Source: Pyrinomonadaceae bacterium (lineage in GTDB: Bacteria > Acidobacteriota > Blastocatellia > Pyrinomonadales > Pyrinomonadaceae). From it: a stretch of 64,000 nt of DNA. How positions within the stretch are numbered: the first letter of the stretch is position 1; each line of letters opens with the position of its first letter. The stretch covers positions 328 to 64,327 of the forward strand of contig DATFHD010000100.1 of assembly GCA_035248785.1 (NCBI GenBank), given 5' to 3'. The notes under the pieces are model-generated. The model was given only the letters and a program-made list of their open reading frames with translations, searched no databases and was not told the origin of the DNA. Below, piece by piece: positions 16,473 to 24,951 of the stretch. The translations under genes and the position numbers were made by a program.

Positions 16473-18023
16473 GTGGCGGAGCACACATACAAGCGGGCCG
16501 AGCGTATCGGGCGGAGCGTGCGTTACGGGCAGAAGCGCCTGAAGCGTCTGTCACGCGGCGCGACCCTCGGGGGCATCTTCCTCTCCTTCCTCCAAATCGG
16601 GACGACGGGCTTCGGCGGCGGTCTGGCCGTCATCGCGCAACTGCGCGTGCTCGTCCTACAGAAGCGTCGCTGGTTCACAGACCACGAGTTCGCAGAAGGC
16701 CTTGCGCTCGCGCAGAGCCTCCCGGGCTCGATGGCGGGGAACGTCGCGGCCTACGTCGGGCTGCGCCTGCGCGGTTGGCGCGGGGCGGCCGTCGCGGTGG
16801 CCGGACTCGTCCTGCCTTCGACGGTGATGATGATCGTCCTCGCAATCCTCTACAGGCACCTGCGCAACCTGCCCGACACAGAAAAGCTCTTCCACGGGCT
16901 GAACGCGGCCGTCGTCGCGCTCATCGCGGTGACGGCGTGGCGCATCGGGCGCAGTACACTCTCGAAGTCTTGGCAGTGGTACATCGCAGTCTTCTCCGGC
17001 CTCGCCGTCATCCTCTTCAGCGCGACCGTCATCGAGGTCATACTCGTCGCGGGCCTCGCAGGCATCTACATAGACTCGTTCGCCGAGCGGCGCTGGCAGC
17101 GGTGGCGGCGCATACGCCGGCTGGCAGCGCTACGCCGCGCCGAACTCGACGAGGCAGAGTCGCGCGCCTTCGTCGGCGGCTACCTGACGCGCGCCGTCGC
17201 CGACGAGCAAGTGCGGCAGGCCGGCGGCTTTGTTGAGGTGGAAAAGGAAGTCGAGCGCAGGCCCGAGCGTCGCGTGAGGCGCGCCGAGAAGATACGCGAG
17301 CGCGTGCGCGTGTGGAGGAAGAAGGCCGGCGCGCAGAGAAATGAACAGGGCGCGCAGAGGAGTGAAGAGAAGGACGCGGCGGACGCGGACGCCGCGGCGA
17401 CGGACGCGCAGGCGGAAGGACGTGAGAAGGGCGCGGGAACAGTCCTGCGCTCGTTGGCGGCGTTGGGTGCGGCGATGCCGATTATGGCGAAGCTGGCGCT
17501 GCTGCTGACCATCGCGTCCATCTTCCTGCGCATCGGAGCCGTCACCTTCGGCGGCGGCTTCGTGATGGTGCCGCTCATCGAGGCCGAGGTCGTCAACGGT
17601 CACGGCTGGGTCTCACACCGCGAGTTCGTCGAGGCGTTCGCGCTCGGGCAGATTACGCCCGGCCCCGTCCTCGTCACCGCGACCTTCATCGGCTACCGCG
17701 TCGCGGGCACGCTCGGCGCGCTCGTCGCCACCGTCAGCATCTTCCTGCCGTCTCTGGTGCTGACCATCGTCGCGGGCTCTTCGCTCAGGCGCTTCCGCTC
17801 CAACCGGCAGGTGCAGGCGTTCCTGCGCGGCGTGACGCCCGCGGTCGTCGGCCTGCTCGTCGCCGCCGCCTATAGCACGGGGCGCGCAGGGATACACACT
17901 TGGGTCGGACTCGCCATCGCGCTCGCCGCGGCGGCCGTGCTCGTGCGCTTCCGCGCCAACGCGTTCCTCGTCATGCTCGGCGCGGCGGCGCTGCGCTTCG
18001 CCTTCAGCTTCTTCTGGTTCTGA
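16473..18023 (+). CDS. chrA: Chromate transporter (CHR family, two fused halves with a charged linker)
   Basis: FLQIGTTGFGGGLAVIAQL...DHEFAEGLALAQSLPGSMAGNVAAYVG, and a second half FLRIGAVTFGGGFVMVPLIEAEVV...HREFVEAFALGQITPGPVLVTATFIG. Confidence 0.85.
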   Translation: MAEHTYKRAERIGRSVRYGQKRLKRLSRGATLGGIFLSFLQIGTTGFGGGLAVIAQLRVLVLQKRRWFTDHEFAEGLALAQSLPGSMAGNVAAYVGLRLRGWRGAAVAVAGLVLPSTVMMIVLAILYRHLRNLPDTEKLFHGLNAAVVALIAVTAWRIGRSTLSKSWQWYIAVFSGLAVILFSATVIEVILVAGLAGIYIDSFAERRWQRWRRIRRLAALRRAELDEAESRAFVGGYLTRAVADEQVRQAGGFVEVEKEVERRPERRVRRAEKIRERVRVWRKKAGAQRNEQGAQRSEEKDAADADAAATDAQAEGREKGAGTVLRSLAALGAAMPIMAKLALLLTIASIFLRIGAVTFGGGFVMVPLIEAEVVNGHGWVSHREFVEAFALGQITPGPVLVTATFIGYRVAGTLGALVATVSIFLPSLVLTIVAGSSLRRFRSNRQVQAFLRGVTPAVVGLLVAAAYSTGRAGIHTWVGLAIALAAAAVLVRFRANAFLVMLGAAALRFAFSFFWF

Positions 18024-18051
18024 GCGCGAGAGCCCGAAGCTTTTTCTGGTT

Positions 18052-18681
18052 TTGAGAATGAGAGCCGGACGTGTCTTAGTTCTGCTTCTTCTGCTTGCGC
18101 AGCTCGCGGGCTGCGGGCGCGCGGGGCGCCGCACTATCTTGAGCGTGCCGCCCGCGGCCGCGTCCGACAACGACGTGTATCTGGCGGAAGAGGGCGGGCG
18201 CGTACGCGCGCTCAGGCCCGACGGCACGGAGCAGTGGTCTTACTCGCTGGCCGAAGACCTCGAACGCCTGACGCATGAGCCCTCGCACGACATACGCATC
18301 GAGTACCTCGCGCCGCGCTCGGGCGGCCGCCTCTTCGGGCTGGCGACGCGGCTCGCGGGGCGGCAGGCCGGGGCGTCCATCCTCTTCGCACTCGAAAGGG
18401 GGCGGCTGCTCTGGCAGAGGGAGGTGCCGTTCCCTGCGCAGGGCGTCGCGCCCGTCGCCGTCGGGCAGGAGGCCGTCTACGAGTCGGGCGAAGACGGCGT
18501 GCTCTACGCATACGCGCGCGACGACGGGCGCGAGCTCTGGCGCTACCGCGTGGGCGACGGCGCCATCGGCTCGCCCGCGGTCGGCGCCGACGGCACCATC
18601 TACGTCACCGGCCCGCGCCAGAACCTACACGCCGTCGGCACGGACGGCCGACAGCGCTGGGTCGCCGGCACGCAGAAGTGA
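18052..18681 (+). CDS. PQQ-like beta-propeller repeat lipoprotein (BamB-like fold)
   Basis: Lipobox LAQLAGC. Repeats of type GVLYAYARDDGRELWRY...GSPAVGADGTIYVTG. Confidence 0.65.
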   Translation: MRMRAGRVLVLLLLLAQLAGCGRAGRRTILSVPPAAASDNDVYLAEEGGRVRALRPDGTEQWSYSLAEDLERLTHEPSHDIRIEYLAPRSGGRLFGLATRLAGRQAGASILFALERGRLLWQREVPFPAQGVAPVAVGQEAVYESGEDGVLYAYARDDGRELWRYRVGDGAIGSPAVGADGTIYVTGPRQNLHAVGTDGRQRWVAGTQK

Positions 18682-18696
18682 GCGGCCGAAGAGCTT

Positions 18697-19407
18697 ATGG
18701 AAAAGACGGGCGAGACTGTTAACGCGGCCGAGTCGTTCGAGCAAGACCGCGCGCTCGCGGCGGAGGTGAAGCTCTACTACGACCTCTACGCGCCGGGCGC
18801 GCGGCCCGCGCCGCTGCTCCTTGCGCTGCACGGGTACGGGAGCAACAAGGCTTGGATGATGCGCGAGGCACGGCACCACGCGCCCGAAGGCTTCGCCGTC
18901 GCCGCCTTGCAGGGGCCGCACCAGCACTTGAAGGATGCGCGCGAGCCGGGCGGGCCGCTGCGCTACGGCTTCGGTTGGCTGACGAACTTCCGGCCCGAAG
19001 AGTCAATCGCGCTGCACCACGGCGCGCTGCTCGACTTAATCAACTCGCTCGTCGCGCGCGGGGTCGCGCGCCGCGAACAAATCTTCCTCATGGGCTTCTC
19101 GCAGTCGTGCGCGCTCAACTACCGCTTCGCCTTCACGCACGTGGAAGCACTGCGCGGCGTCGTAGGCATCTGCGGCGGGCTGCCCGGCGACTGGGAGACG
19201 AGCCCCGTTTACGGCCGCACGCGCGCCTCCGTCCTCCACCTCTCGGGCACGCGCGACGAGCACTACACGCCCGAGCGCGTCGCCGACTACGCCGAGCGCC
19301 TGCGCACGCGCGCCGCCGATGTCGAAACTCGCGCCTACGACGCGGGCCACGAGTTCGTCCCCGCCATGCGCGCCGACGTGCGCGCTTGGCTCGCGGCGCG
19401 GGTCTGA
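18697..19407 (+). CDS. Alpha/beta hydrolase (phospholipase/carboxylesterase family)
   Basis: LLALHGYGSN..., nucleophile elbow FLMGFSQSCA, and ...LHLSGTRDEHY...GHEF. Confidence 0.75.
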   Translation: MEKTGETVNAAESFEQDRALAAEVKLYYDLYAPGARPAPLLLALHGYGSNKAWMMREARHHAPEGFAVAALQGPHQHLKDAREPGGPLRYGFGWLTNFRPEESIALHHGALLDLINSLVARGVARREQIFLMGFSQSCALNYRFAFTHVEALRGVVGICGGLPGDWETSPVYGRTRASVLHLSGTRDEHYTPERVADYAERLRTRAADVETRAYDAGHEFVPAMRADVRAWLAARV

Positions 19408-19452
19408 TTCAGGATTCGAGATTTCAGATTTGAAATTTGAAATCCTTGAACT
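19405..19452. repeat. AT-rich heptad-repeat imperfect hairpin, GATTTSA family, copy 1
   Basis: GATTCAG GATTCGA GATTTCA GATTTGA AATTTGA AATCCTT immediately after the hydrolase stop. Confidence 0.75.
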
Positions 19453-19515
19453 CCGGCGACACTCCGCGTATCCTCCCGCACGCAACACGCCGCCGCAGGA
19501 AGGAGCAAGAGAACG

Positions 19516-19992
19516 TTGAGCAAAAAGTATCTCTTCACACTCGCGCCGCTGCTGGCCGTGGCGGCGGTCGTCGTCGGCTATCAGGGCGGCGGCCGCGCGC
19601 CGCGCTCGCAGGGCGAAGACAGGAACGTCGCGGCCGTGCGCGCCGTCATCGAGGGGCAGGCCGCGGCTTGGAACCGCGGCGACGTGGCCGGCTACATGGA
19701 GGGCTACGCGAAGGAGGACTCGACGACCTTCGTCTCCGGAGACGCCGTCACGCGCGGCTGGCAGACCGTGCTCGACCGCTACAAGGCGCACTACGACACG
19801 CGCGCCAAGATGGGCACGCTCGCCTTCTCGGAGCTTGAGTTCAAACCGCTCAGCGAGTTCTACATCATGGCCACAGGCCGCTGGCAGCTCACGCGCGAGA
19901 CGGACACCCCGCACGGCCGCTTCACCCTCATCTTCCGCCGCACCAACTCGGGCTGGCGCATCGTCCACGACCACACCTCTTCGGCCTCGTGA
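19516..19992 (+). CDS. DUF4440/SnoaL-like (NTF2 fold) protein with an N-terminal anchor
   Basis: AVRAVIEGQAAAWNRGDVAGYMEGY...GRFTLIFRRTNSGWRIVHDHTS. Confidence 0.7.
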   Translation: MSKKYLFTLAPLLAVAAVVVGYQGGGRAPRSQGEDRNVAAVRAVIEGQAAAWNRGDVAGYMEGYAKEDSTTFVSGDAVTRGWQTVLDRYKAHYDTRAKMGTLAFSELEFKPLSEFYIMATGRWQLTRETDTPHGRFTLIFRRTNSGWRIVHDHTSSAS

Positions 19993-20022
19993 ACCGGCGC
20001 CGCGGGCGCAAGGAGTCTGAAC

Positions 20023-21474
20023 GTGGAAGAAGTCAGAGCCGACATCGCCCCCGAGGAGTTCAGGCGCGAGGAGGAGAAGGTCGAGGGGCGGAGCGCCGTC
20101 TTCAGGAAGGAGCTGGGGCTCTGGGATTTGGTGCTGACGCAGATCGTCTTCGTCGTCGGCACCATCTGGGTCGGGACGGCGGCGAAGCTCGGCGACGAGC
20201 AGCTCTTCTTCTGGCTGCTCGCCATCGCCACCTTCTACCTGCCGCTGGCGGCCGTCGTCATCTACCTCAACCGCCTGATGCCGCTCGAAGGCGGGCTCTA
20301 CCAGTGGGCGAAGTTATCTCTGGGCGAGTTCGTCGGCTTCATGGTCGCGTGGAACCTCTGGGTCTTCGCCATCCTCGTCATGTCAGGTATAGGGCTGACG
20401 GTGGTGAGGAACCTCTCGTACGCGTTCGCGGGCATGCGCTGGACGGCCGACAGTCATTGGTTCGTCGGCCTCTTCAGTTGCGTGATGCTCGGCGTGATGG
20501 TCTACGTCTCGACTCGCGGGCTGTCGTTGGGCAAGTGGGTACACAACGCGGGCGGGGTCTTCCTCTTGCTAGTCTTTATGGCGCTCATTATTCTGCCCTT
20601 CGTCAGCCTCTGGCGCGGGACGATTACGGAGTACCACCCCTTCGTCTTCGCGGTGCCGGCCTTCTCACTGTCGGGCATCAACATCTACAGCAAGCTCGCG
20701 ACGGGCGCGCTCACCGGCTTCGAGTACGTGGCGATACTGGCGGGCGAGTGCAGGACGCCCGCGCGCAACATCGGCCGCTCGGTCGTCATCGCCTCGCCCG
20801 TCATCGCGCTGATGTTCATACTGGGGACGAGTTCCGTGCTCGCCTTCTTCCGCCCCGAAGAGGTAGACCTCATCAGCCCCATCGCGCAGGTCTTGACGCG
20901 CGGCTTCGGACTGCTGGGGACGGGCGTGGCGAACGTCGTCTCGCTCGTCATCCTCGCGGTCGTCGGCCGGCAGGTGGCTTTGATGAGCATCTACCTGACG
21001 GCGAACGCGCGCCTGCCGATGGTCGCCGGCTGGGACGACCTCCTGCCCGCTTGGTTCACGCGCCTGCACGCGCGCTACAAGACGCCGGTCAACTCCATCG
21101 TGCTGGTCGGCGCGCTCGCGCTCGGGCTCGGGCTGCTCGGGTTGCTCGGCGTGGGGATGCAGGAGGCGTATCAACTGCTTGAGAACGCGGCCACGATCTT
21201 CTACGCGACCTCCTACGTCATCCTGTTCGCCATCCCTCTCTTCGCCGCCGCGCGTGTGGGCCTGCGCGCGCCGCTGTGGCTGAAGGCCGCGTCAGCCTCG
21301 GGGCTGCTCGTCTCGCTGCTCGGCATCGCGCTTACGATTGTCCCCATCGTGGACGTGGTGAGCCCGCTCGCCTTCGCCGCCAAGCTCGTCGCCGTCACGC
21401 TCGCCTTCAACCTCGCGGGCGTGGTGCTTTACCGTCTGGGCCGGCGCAGACAACAGAAGGTCGGCAGCGCATGA
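20023..21474 (+). CDS. APC-superfamily amino acid permease
   Basis: About 12 hydrophobic segments. [16 protein letters not shown]...[24 protein letters not shown] is typical of APC transporters. The stop overlaps the hutI start. Confidence 0.8.
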   Translation: MEEVRADIAPEEFRREEEKVEGRSAVFRKELGLWDLVLTQIVFVVGTIWVGTAAKLGDEQLFFWLLAIATFYLPLAAVVIYLNRLMPLEGGLYQWAKLSLGEFVGFMVAWNLWVFAILVMSGIGLTVVRNLSYAFAGMRWTADSHWFVGLFSCVMLGVMVYVSTRGLSLGKWVHNAGGVFLLLVFMALIILPFVSLWRGTITEYHPFVFAVPAFSLSGINIYSKLATGALTGFEYVAILAGECRTPARNIGRSVVIASPVIALMFILGTSSVLAFFRPEEVDLISPIAQVLTRGFGLLGTGVANVVSLVILAVVGRQVALMSIYLTANARLPMVAGWDDLLPAWFTRLHARYKTPVNSIVLVGALALGLGLLGLLGVGMQEAYQLLENAATIFYATSYVILFAIPLFAAARVGLRAPLWLKAASASGLLVSLLGIALTIVPIVDVVSPLAFAAKLVAVTLAFNLAGVVLYRLGRRRQQKVGSA

Positions 21475-22772
21475 GTTCTGCGGAATCAAACATGGAAGCG
21501 ACGCTGGCCGTCATCAACTGCTCGCAACTCGTCACGCTCGCGGGGCCGCGGCGGCCTCGTGTAGGCGCGGAGATGCGCGAGCTTTCCATCGTCGAAGACG
21601 GCGCGATGCTCGTCCGCGGCGGACGGATTGTGCGAACCGGCGCGAGCGCGGAGATTGAGCCGCTGATTGATGCCGACTGCGAAATGTTGGACGCGGGCGG
21701 GCGCGTCCTCTTGCCCGGCTTCGTGGACGCGCACGCGCACCCGGTCTTCGCGGGCGACCGCGCCGACGAGTTCGAGAAGCGCGCGGCGGGCGTCTCTTAT
21801 CAGGAGATCGCCGCGGCCGGCGGCGGCATCCGCTCGACCGTGCGGCGTACGCGCGCGGCGTCAGAGGAAGAGTTGTTACGGGCCGCGCGCGAGCGCGAGC
21901 GCTGGTTCCTGCGCACGGGCACGACGACCGTCGAGGCGAAGTCGGGCTACGGCCTCTCGGTCGAAGACGAGTTGAAGATGCTGCGCGTCGTGCGCCGCCT
22001 GAACGAGCGCGGCACGGACGATGAGAGCGGCGTCGGCGTCAACTACGTCCCGACCTTCCTCGGGGCGCACGAGGTGCCGGACGAGTACAGGGGACGGAGC
22101 GAGGAGTACGTGCGGCTCGTCGTCGGCGAGATGCTGCCGCGCGTGGCGGCCGAAAGGCTGGCGGAGTTCTGCGACGTGTTCTGCGAGGAGCGCGTCTTCA
22201 CAATCGAAGAGTCGCGGCGGGTGCTCAAGGCGGCACGCTCTCTCGGCTTGGGCCTACGCGTCCACGCGGATCAGCTCACGCGCGGCGGCGGCGCGCTGCT
22301 CGCGGCCGAGCTGAAGGCGAAGACGGCCGACCACCTCGAACACACCGACGCCGACGGCATCGCTGCGCTCAAACGCGCGGGCGTGCAGCCGGTTCTGCTG
22401 CCCGGCTCGGTCTACGCGCTCGGCTCGCGCCGCTACCCTTCGGCGCGCGAGATGATAGAGGCGGGCTTGGGCCTAGTCCTCGCCACCGACTTCAACCCCG
22501 GCTCGTCGCCCACGCCCTCGATGACGATGATCCTCTCGCTCGCCTCGACGCAGATGCGCATGACGCCGGCCGAAGCCCTGACGGCCGCGACCGTCAACGC
22601 CGCCTACAGCCTCGAACGCGGCGGCGAGGCGGGCACGCTCGAACCGGGCAAGCGCGCCGACTTCGTCGTACACGACTGCGCCGACTACCGCGAGCTGGCC
22701 TACTTCTTCGGCGTCGAGCACGCGCACATGACTTACGTCGGCGGGCGACCAGCCTTCGCGCGGGGCGCATGA
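21471..22772 (+). CDS. hutI: Imidazolonepropionase
   Basis: [45 protein letters not shown]...[13 protein letters not shown]...HADQL...[10 protein letters not shown]. The ATG at 21471 overlaps the permease stop (ATGA); the longer track ORF from 21276 is rejected. Confidence 0.9.
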   Translation: MSSAESNMEATLAVINCSQLVTLAGPRRPRVGAEMRELSIVEDGAMLVRGGRIVRTGASAEIEPLIDADCEMLDAGGRVLLPGFVDAHAHPVFAGDRADEFEKRAAGVSYQEIAAAGGGIRSTVRRTRAASEEELLRAARERERWFLRTGTTTVEAKSGYGLSVEDELKMLRVVRRLNERGTDDESGVGVNYVPTFLGAHEVPDEYRGRSEEYVRLVVGEMLPRVAAERLAEFCDVFCEERVFTIEESRRVLKAARSLGLGLRVHADQLTRGGGALLAAELKAKTADHLEHTDADGIAALKRAGVQPVLLPGSVYALGSRRYPSAREMIEAGLGLVLATDFNPGSSPTPSMTMILSLASTQMRMTPAEALTAATVNAAYSLERGGEAGTLEPGKRADFVVHDCADYRELAYFFGVEHAHMTYVGGRPAFARGA

Positions 22773-22794
22773 AAGGAGCCTCCGAAAAAAATCG

Positions 22795-22823
22795 TTGACG
22801 AGTGCGGGGTCGTCCTCTATCAT
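22795..22823 (+). promoter_or_regulatory. Strong sigma70-type promoter candidate (TTGACG, 17 nt, TATCAT)
   Basis: TTGACG at 22795-22800 and TATCAT at 22818-22823 with an exact 17-nt spacer. Confidence 0.55.
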
Positions 22824-22829
22824 CGCCTC

Positions 22830-23073
22830 AACACTGGAAAGGAGGTGATCCGAAAACATATGAGTTCTAATCACAGTGAGGTGGCTGTAGTCTCCTGAAC
22901 AGGGATTAGCACCGCACAAGCAGTAGCGAAGCCTATGGCTGTAAATCCCTGAAGCGTAGTTTACGGAGTCAAACTCCGCAGGCAGACGAAGTTCAGAGAG
23001 GCTAATCCACACAGTCCACCGAGCCATAGGAGAAAACGGGAAGAGGCCGGCGAAAGTCGGCCTCTTTTCTTCT
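22830..23073 (+). ncRNA. Structured leader or non-coding RNA upstream of modA (riboswitch-like; class not identified)
   Basis: The region is bounded by the promoter above and an intrinsic terminator (AAGAGGCCG-GCGAAAGT-CGGCCTCTT-TTCTTCT, 23041-23073) ending 12 nt before the modA ATG. It is lower in GC. Hand-found helices: CAGGGATT/AATCCCTG (22900/22943), CGGAGT/ACTCCG hairpin (~22972), CTGAAC/GTTCAG (22895/22991), and CCTATGGCT/AGCCATAGG (22932/23022, pseudoknot-like). Confidence 0.55.
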
Positions 23074-23084
23074 AAGGGCCGAAC

Positions 23085-23894
23085 ATGATGACGCAGCGGG
23101 CACCCTTGAGAATCTTATGCGCGGCGGTAACGCTCGCCGCTTTGTGCTTTTTACCGGGCTGCGCACGTCAGCCCCCGGCGAACACACAGGACAACCAGTC
23201 GGAGATAAACGTCGCGGCGGCGGCGAACCTGACGGACGCCTTCGCCGAGGTCGCGAAGCAGTTCACGGCGGAGACGGGCGTGCGTGTGGTTTACAGTTTC
23301 GGGGCCACGGCGGACTTGACGAAGCAGATAGAGAACGGCGCACCGTTCGACGTGTTCGCGTCGGCGGACGTGTCTCACGTTGACCAACTGAACGACAAAG
23401 GATTGCTCACGCCCGGCACGCGCTCCCTCTACGCGCGCGGGCGTCTCGTAATGTGGACGCCGCCCGACGCCCGCATTCAAGTGTCGAGCATCTCGGAAGT
23501 CACGCGCCCGGAGGTCGGTCACATCGCCGTCGCCAAGCCGGACGTTGCGCCTTACGGGCAGGCGGCGGTCGAAGCCTTGCGGGCGCTGAACCTTTGGGAG
23601 CGGGTGGAGCCGAAGGTCGTGTACGCGCAGAACGTGGCACAGACCAAGCAGTTCGCCTCGTCGGGGAACGCGGAAGTCGCGTTCATTCCGCTGGCGCTGG
23701 TCAAACCGAACGAGGGGCGATTTGTCGAAGTTGACGAGCGGCTGCACAAGCCGATAGACCAAGCGCTGGGCGTCGTCAAGGCGTCTGGTAAACAGGAAGC
23801 GGCCCGCCGCTTTACGGCTTTCGTACTGAGCGACAAGGGGCAGGCTATCCTCGGGCGGTTCGGTTACAGCAAGCCGAGTTCTGCCGCCCCTTGA
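23085..23894 (+). CDS. modA: Molybdate ABC transporter substrate-binding protein
   Basis: Lipoprotein-like signal (CFLPGC), then INVAAAANLTDAFAEVAKQFTAETGVRVVYSFGATADLTKQIENGAPFDVFASAD...AVAKPDVAPYGQAA. Confidence 0.85.
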   Translation: MMTQRAPLRILCAAVTLAALCFLPGCARQPPANTQDNQSEINVAAAANLTDAFAEVAKQFTAETGVRVVYSFGATADLTKQIENGAPFDVFASADVSHVDQLNDKGLLTPGTRSLYARGRLVMWTPPDARIQVSSISEVTRPEVGHIAVAKPDVAPYGQAAVEALRALNLWERVEPKVVYAQNVAQTKQFASSGNAEVAFIPLALVKPNEGRFVEVDERLHKPIDQALGVVKASGKQEAARRFTAFVLSDKGQAILGRFGYSKPSSAAP

Positions 23895-23921
23895 TGCGGA
23901 TTTTCGTCGGCGTCTCTGTTA

Positions 23922-23957
23922 GAGGGGCGGCGCTTTCCGAGCGCCGCCTCTTTCGTC
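23922..23957 (+). terminator. Intrinsic terminator after modA
   Basis: GAGGGGCGGCGC-TTTCCGA-GCGCCGCCTC followed by TTTCGTCTTC. Confidence 0.6.
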
Positions 23958-24047
23958 TTCGCCGGGTTACATTTTTATTGCACGGCCGACCTCGGTCGCC
24001 CGCGGCACTCGCGTTGCACGCGTCCCGCGAGAAGGGGGAAGAGGCCG

Positions 24048-24677
24048 ATGAATTCGTTTCGGAAACATGCACCGGGCAATACACAACGCCCCAATTCGCT
24101 CCTGAAAACCCGCGCGCACGTAGCCGGCGCCGCCGCGCTGCTGCTGACGCTGCTCCTCGTCGCGCCCTGTGCGTCGGCCGCGCCGCGTCAGAGTCAGGCC
24201 GAGGGAGCCAAGTCGCGCGACGGGCAGGCGCAGACGGCCGCGCCCGAAAAGACTGAGAACGGCGCGCGTGGTGCTGCCGAAAAGACTGAGAACGGGGCGC
24301 GGGGCGGCGCCGAGGCGTCGGCCGCCGACCCGAAGATTCCTGTGCGCGTCACGCGCGTCAACACGCCGGACGGGCCGGCGGTCGTCGCGACCATCGGCGA
24401 GTTCCCCGAAGATTTGAACGAGGCCGGGCAGGACTTCCTCAAGCGCGAGTTCTTCGAGCACTTCGCCTCGGACGTGCTGGGCCTCGGCGACTCGGGCGAG
24501 GAGCGCGCGACGCTGAAGGTCGCGATGCTGCCGCAGGAGAAGGAGAATCAGCGCGAGGGCGACTTCCGTCTGGGTAAGGTCTCGGGCCACATGGTCGTGC
24601 TGGTCGAGAAGCGGCGCGTACTGATCGCCTGCACCTTCTCGGAGACCGAGGAGGCGCCGCGGCTCTTGGCCGAGTAG
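24048..24677 (+). CDS. Secreted hypothetical protein with a 33-nt internal duplication
   Basis: Signal-like AGAAALLLTLLLVAPCASA. Duplicated PEKTENGARGAAEKTENGARGG (nt ~24244-24310). Confidence 0.6.
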   Translation: MNSFRKHAPGNTQRPNSLLKTRAHVAGAAALLLTLLLVAPCASAAPRQSQAEGAKSRDGQAQTAAPEKTENGARGAAEKTENGARGGAEASAADPKIPVRVTRVNTPDGPAVVATIGEFPEDLNEAGQDFLKREFFEHFASDVLGLGDSGEERATLKVAMLPQEKENQREGDFRLGKVSGHMVVLVEKRRVLIACTFSETEEAPRLLAE

Positions 24678-24689
24678 GCAACAGAAAAG

Positions 24690-24890
24690 TGATAGTTCGG
24701 GGAAACGCCCGGCAAGGTTTCCCTCTAGACTCCTTCACATCCAAGGGGTTGTAAGGTGGGTTTCGGGGGAACGCCCACCTTACTACTAAAGCTAAGGGCC
24801 TTGTCCTAGTCGTTTGGGGGAGCGACGGGACGGGGCTCTTAGCTTTTGGACAAGATTTCGGGGGAAGTGTACGGCGGGCGGGCGCGGAAA
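24690..24890 (+). ncRNA. Possible small RNA or 3' UTR element displaying four UUYGGGGRA motifs
   Basis: TTCGGGGAA at 24695, TTTCGGGGGAA at 24760 (in the loop of AAGGTGGG/CCCACCTT, 24752-24780), TTTGGGGGAG at 24812 (in the loop of GTCG/CGAC within AAAGCTAAG/CTTAGCTTT, 24788-24845), and TTTCGGGGGAA at 24855. The strand is not established. Confidence 0.3.
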
Positions 24891-24894
24891 AAGC

Positions 24895-24924
24895 TGAGGG
24901 CGCGATGTCGCGACATCGCGCCCT
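24895..24924. terminator. Bidirectional intrinsic terminator between convergent genes
   Basis: Perfect 14-bp stem GAGGGCGCGATGTC-GC-GACATCGCGCCCTC, flanked by AAAAAGCT upstream and CTTTT downstream. Confidence 0.75.
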
Positions 24925-24951
24925 CGAACTTTTACACGAACTGGCGAAACC

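Noticed and set aside
21276-21470. Track start at 21276 for hutI (498 aa).
   Set aside because: That extension lies wholly inside the permease gene in another frame. The ATG at 21471 overlaps the permease stop (ATGA) and gives a normal HutI N-terminus.
22830-23073. Tried to identify the modA-leader RNA as 6S, SRP (4.5S), RNase P, tmRNA or a cobalamin riboswitch.
   Set aside because: None of the hallmark sequences I remember is present: the SRP GGAAGCAGCC region, the RNase P GAGGAAAGTCC, the tmRNA tRNA-like ends, or the B12 box. The class is left open, and Moco is only a context-based hypothesis.
23895-24047. Expected modB/modC downstream of modA.
   Set aside because: Only a terminator and an unrelated secreted hypothetical gene follow. 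There is no permease or ATPase ORF, so modA appears to be unlinked from modBC in this window.
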